Below are positions 60,153 through 64,000 of a stretch of DNA of 64,000 bases, one piece after another. The translations under genes were made by a program, and so were the position numbers. How positions within the stretch are numbered: position 1 is the stretch's first letter; every line of letters starts with the position of its first letter. The notes beneath the pieces are model-generated. The model was not told the origin of the DNA. It saw nothing but the letters and a program-made list of their open reading frames with translations, and searched no databases. The DNA is from the human T2T-CHM13v2.0 reference genome, Homo sapiens. Location of the stretch: the NCBI RefSeq assembly GCF_009914755.1, contig NC_060942.1; one strand, 5' to 3'.

Positions 60153-62267
60153 TAGATTTATTCCTAAGTGTTTTTTTTCTTTTGATTCTATTGTAAATGG
60201 GATTTTTTCTTTGCTTAATGTCTGCATTTCCTCTTTTCCGTTTTAGTGGACACGTAATTGTACATATTTATGGGATACAGAGTGCTAATTTGATATGTGT
60301 ATATAATATGTAATGATCAAATTAGAGTAATTAGTACATCCATCACCTGGAGGATTTATCTCTTCTTTGTGTTGTGAACTTTCAAAATCCTCACTTCTTG
60401 CTTTTTAAAAATATACACTGAATTATTGTTAACCATAATCATCCTACAGTGCTACAAAACACTAGAACTTCTTTCTCCCATTAGCTGTATCTATTAACCA
60501 ACCTCTCCCTAGCCTCCTCTGCCCCTCTAATGATCTGGGCTCTAATGACCACAATTTTACTCTCTACTTTTATAATCTGAATTTTTTTATATAGCTCCCA
60601 CATATGAGTGAGAACACATGGTATTTTTGTGTCTGATTTATTTCACTTAACAGACTGTCCTTCAGGCTCATCCGTGTTGCTGTGAATGACAGGATTTCAT
60701 TCGTTATGGTTGAATAGTATTCCATTGTGTTTATATAACACATTTTCTGCATCCATTCATCTATTGATGGACACTTAGGTTGATTCCATATCTTGGCTAT
60801 TGTGACTAGAGCTGCTATTAACAGGAATGCAGAAATCTCTTAGATATACTGATTTCCTTTCCTTTGGATAAATAGTAGTGAGATTACTGGATCATGTGGT
60901 CATTCCATTTTTAGTTTCTGTGAGAAACCTCCATATTGTTTTTCATAAGGTACTAATTTACATTCCCATCAGCAGTGTATAAGACTTCTCTTTTCTCCCT
61001 ATCCTCACCAGCATTTTTTTTTGTCTTTTTGATGACAGCCATTTTAACTAGAGTAAGATGATATTTCTTCTTGCTTTAGATTTGCATTTCGCTGATAATT
61101 AGTGACGTTGAGCATTTTTTCATATATTTACTGGCTATTTGTATGTCTTCTTTTGAGAACTGTCTATTCAGGTCCTTTGCCCTTTTTTAAATCAGAGTAT
61201 TTGTTTTTTATCTGTTGAGTTGTTTCCGTTCCTTGTATATTTGGATATTAGTTCCTTGTTGGATAAATACTCTGCAAACATTTTCTCCCATTCCACACAT
61301 TGTCTCTTCACTTTGTTGATTTTTTTGTTGTTGTTGTTAGCTGCAGAAGTTTTTTAGGTTTATATAGTTCAATTTGTCAATTTTTGGTTTTGTTGTCTGT
61401 GCTTTTGAAATTTTACTCATAAAATATTTGCCTAGACCAATGTCCTGAAGTGTTTCCCCCATGTTTTCTTCTAGTAGGTTTATAGTTTATGTTTTCTTGT
61501 TTAAGCTTTTAATCCATTTTGAATTGATTTTTGTATTTGGTGAGAGATAGATAGGTGTCTAGTTTCATTCTTCTAAATATGGATATCCAGTAGTACCAGA
61601 ACCATTTATTAAAAAGGGTGTCTTTTACCCAATGTATGTTCTTGGCATTTTTACTTAAAATCAGTTGGCTGTAAATATGTGATTTATTTCTGGGCTCTGT
61701 CTTCTGTTTCATTGGTCTATATGTCTGATTTTATACCAACACCATGCTGTTTTGGTTATTACAGAATTGTGCTATATTTTGAAGTCAGGTAGCATGATGC
61801 TTTCAGCTTCATTCTTTTTGCTCAGGATTACTTTGACTATTCAGGGTCTTTTGTGGTTCCATATGAATTTTAAGATTATTTTTTACTGTTTCTGTGAAGA
61901 ATATCATTGGTATTTTGATAGGGATTGTATTAAATCTGTAGATTGCTTTGAGTAGTAGGGTCATTTTAATAATATTAATTCTTGCAGTCCATGAGCATGA
62001 GAAATGTTCCCATTTTTTGGTGTCCTCTTTAATTTCTTTCATCAGTGTGTTGTTTTCCTTATAGAAGTCTTTCATGTCCTTGGTTAAATTTATTCCTAGG
62101 TATCTTTTTAAATAGCTATTGTAAATGGAATTGCTTATTTATTTATTTAGTGGCTGGTTCATTATTGGTGTATAGAAATGCTACTGATTTTTGTATGTTG
62201 ATTTTGTATCCTGCAAAATCAGTTTATTTATCAGTTTATTTATCAGTTCTAAGAGTATTTTGATAAA

Positions 62268-62568
62268 CTTTTTTTTTTTTTTGAGATGGAGTTTCATTCT
62301 TGTTGCCCAGGCTGGAGTGCAATGGTGCAGTCTCGGCTCATGCAGCCTCCATCTGCTGGGTTCAAGTGACCCTCCTGCCTCAGCCTCCCAAGTAGCTTGG
62401 GATTGCCGGTGCCCACCACCACGCCCAGCTAATTTTTGTACTTTAAGTTGAGATAGAATTTCACTGTGATGTTGACCAGACTGGTCTCGAACTCCTAACC
62501 TCAGGTGATCCACCTGCCTTATCCTCCCAAAGTGCTGTGATTACAGGCATGAGCCACTGTGCCCAGCC
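62268..62568 (-). mobile_element. AluS
   Basis: TSD tattttg(a/g)taaa. Confidence 0.93.
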
Positions 62569-63620
62569 ATATTTTGGTAAAGTTTTTAGGTTTTTCTATA
62601 TATTTCTTTCATATTGTCTGCAATGAGGGACAATTTGAATTCTTCCTTTCCAATTTAGAGGCCCTTTATTTCTTTCTCTTGACTAATTACTCTGACTATG
62701 ACCTCCAGAACTATGTTGAATAAGAGTGGTGAAAGTGGGCATTCTTATCTTGTTCCAGTTCTTAAAGGAAAGTTTATAGGCTTCCCCATCCTGTGTGATG
62801 TTAGCTGTGGAATTATCTTATATGATTTTTCTTGTGTCATGGTGTCTTCTTTCTATACCTAAGAAAGGAGAGAGTTTGTTGAGAGTTTTTTATCGTAAAA
62901 GGATGTTGAATATTATAATTTTCATGCATGTATTGAGATGATATAATTTTTGTCCTTCATGCTGTTCATTTGATGTATCACATTTAGTGATTTGCTATGT
63001 TGAGCCATCCTTTCATTCCCAGAATAAATCCCACTTGATTATGGTGTATTATTTTTTGATGTATTATTGGATTCAGTTTGCTAGTATTTTGTTGAGAATA
63101 TTTGCATCTAAGTTCATCAGGGATATAGGCTTATATTTTTCTTTTTAAATTACGTCCTTGTCTGGTTTTGATATCAGGGTAATGGTGGTCTTATAGAATG
63201 AGTTAGGAAAAATTCCCTACCGTTCAATGTTTTGGGATAGTTGGAGAAAACTTGGTTTAGTTCTTCTTTATAAGTTTGGTAGAATTCCGTGGTACAGCCA
63301 TCTGGTCATGGGCTTTTTTTTGTTGTTGGGAGACTTTTCATTACTGATTCAATCTCCTTACTCATTACTCATCTGTTCAGATTTTCTGTTTCTTCCTGAT
63401 TCAATCTTGGTAGGAAGACTGAATCAGGAAAATTTTGGAATTTATCCATTTCCTCTAGATTTTCTATTGGTTGGCGCATAGTTGGTCAGAATAGTCACCA
63501 ATGATCCTTTATATTTCCGTGGTATCAGTTGTAATCTCTTTTTTTGTTTCTTTCTGATTTTATTTGAATCTTTTTTCTTAATCTAGCTAGTAGTTTGCCA
63601 TTTTTGTTTACATTATTTAA

Positions 63621-63960
<340 letters not shown>

Positions 63961-64000
63961 TTAGTCTCTATTTTGTTTAATTGTTCTGATTTTTATTATT

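Overview
Primate (most likely human) non-coding DNA dominated by interspersed repeats: 13 Alus, a full-length L1PA2/L1PA3-type LINE-1, older L1M fragments, L2/MIR, MaLR/ERVL solo LTRs and DNA-transposon fossils. I find no host protein-coding exon, RNA gene, CRISPR array or host CpG-island promoter. The only real protein homology is the disabled ORF1/ORF2 and open antisense ORF0 of the L1 at about 46.4-52.5 kb, plus decayed ORF2 pieces at 56.7-64 kb. Several repeat-free, AT-rich, homeodomain/SOX/POU-motif-dense blocks look like developmental enhancers, but conservation cannot be seen from one sequence. I cannot support a new biological system here. The best second-look items are mutational or retrotransposition signatures: an L1 with a 16-bp TSD and a 41-bp 3' transduction, an approx. 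185-bp local templated insertion into an LTR, a perfect 17-bp hairpin, an MLT2A LTR nested in an AluJ, and a tandem duplication spanning an Alu/L1 junction. Repeat subfamily names come from my recall of consensus sequences, and boundaries of old repeats are approximate.
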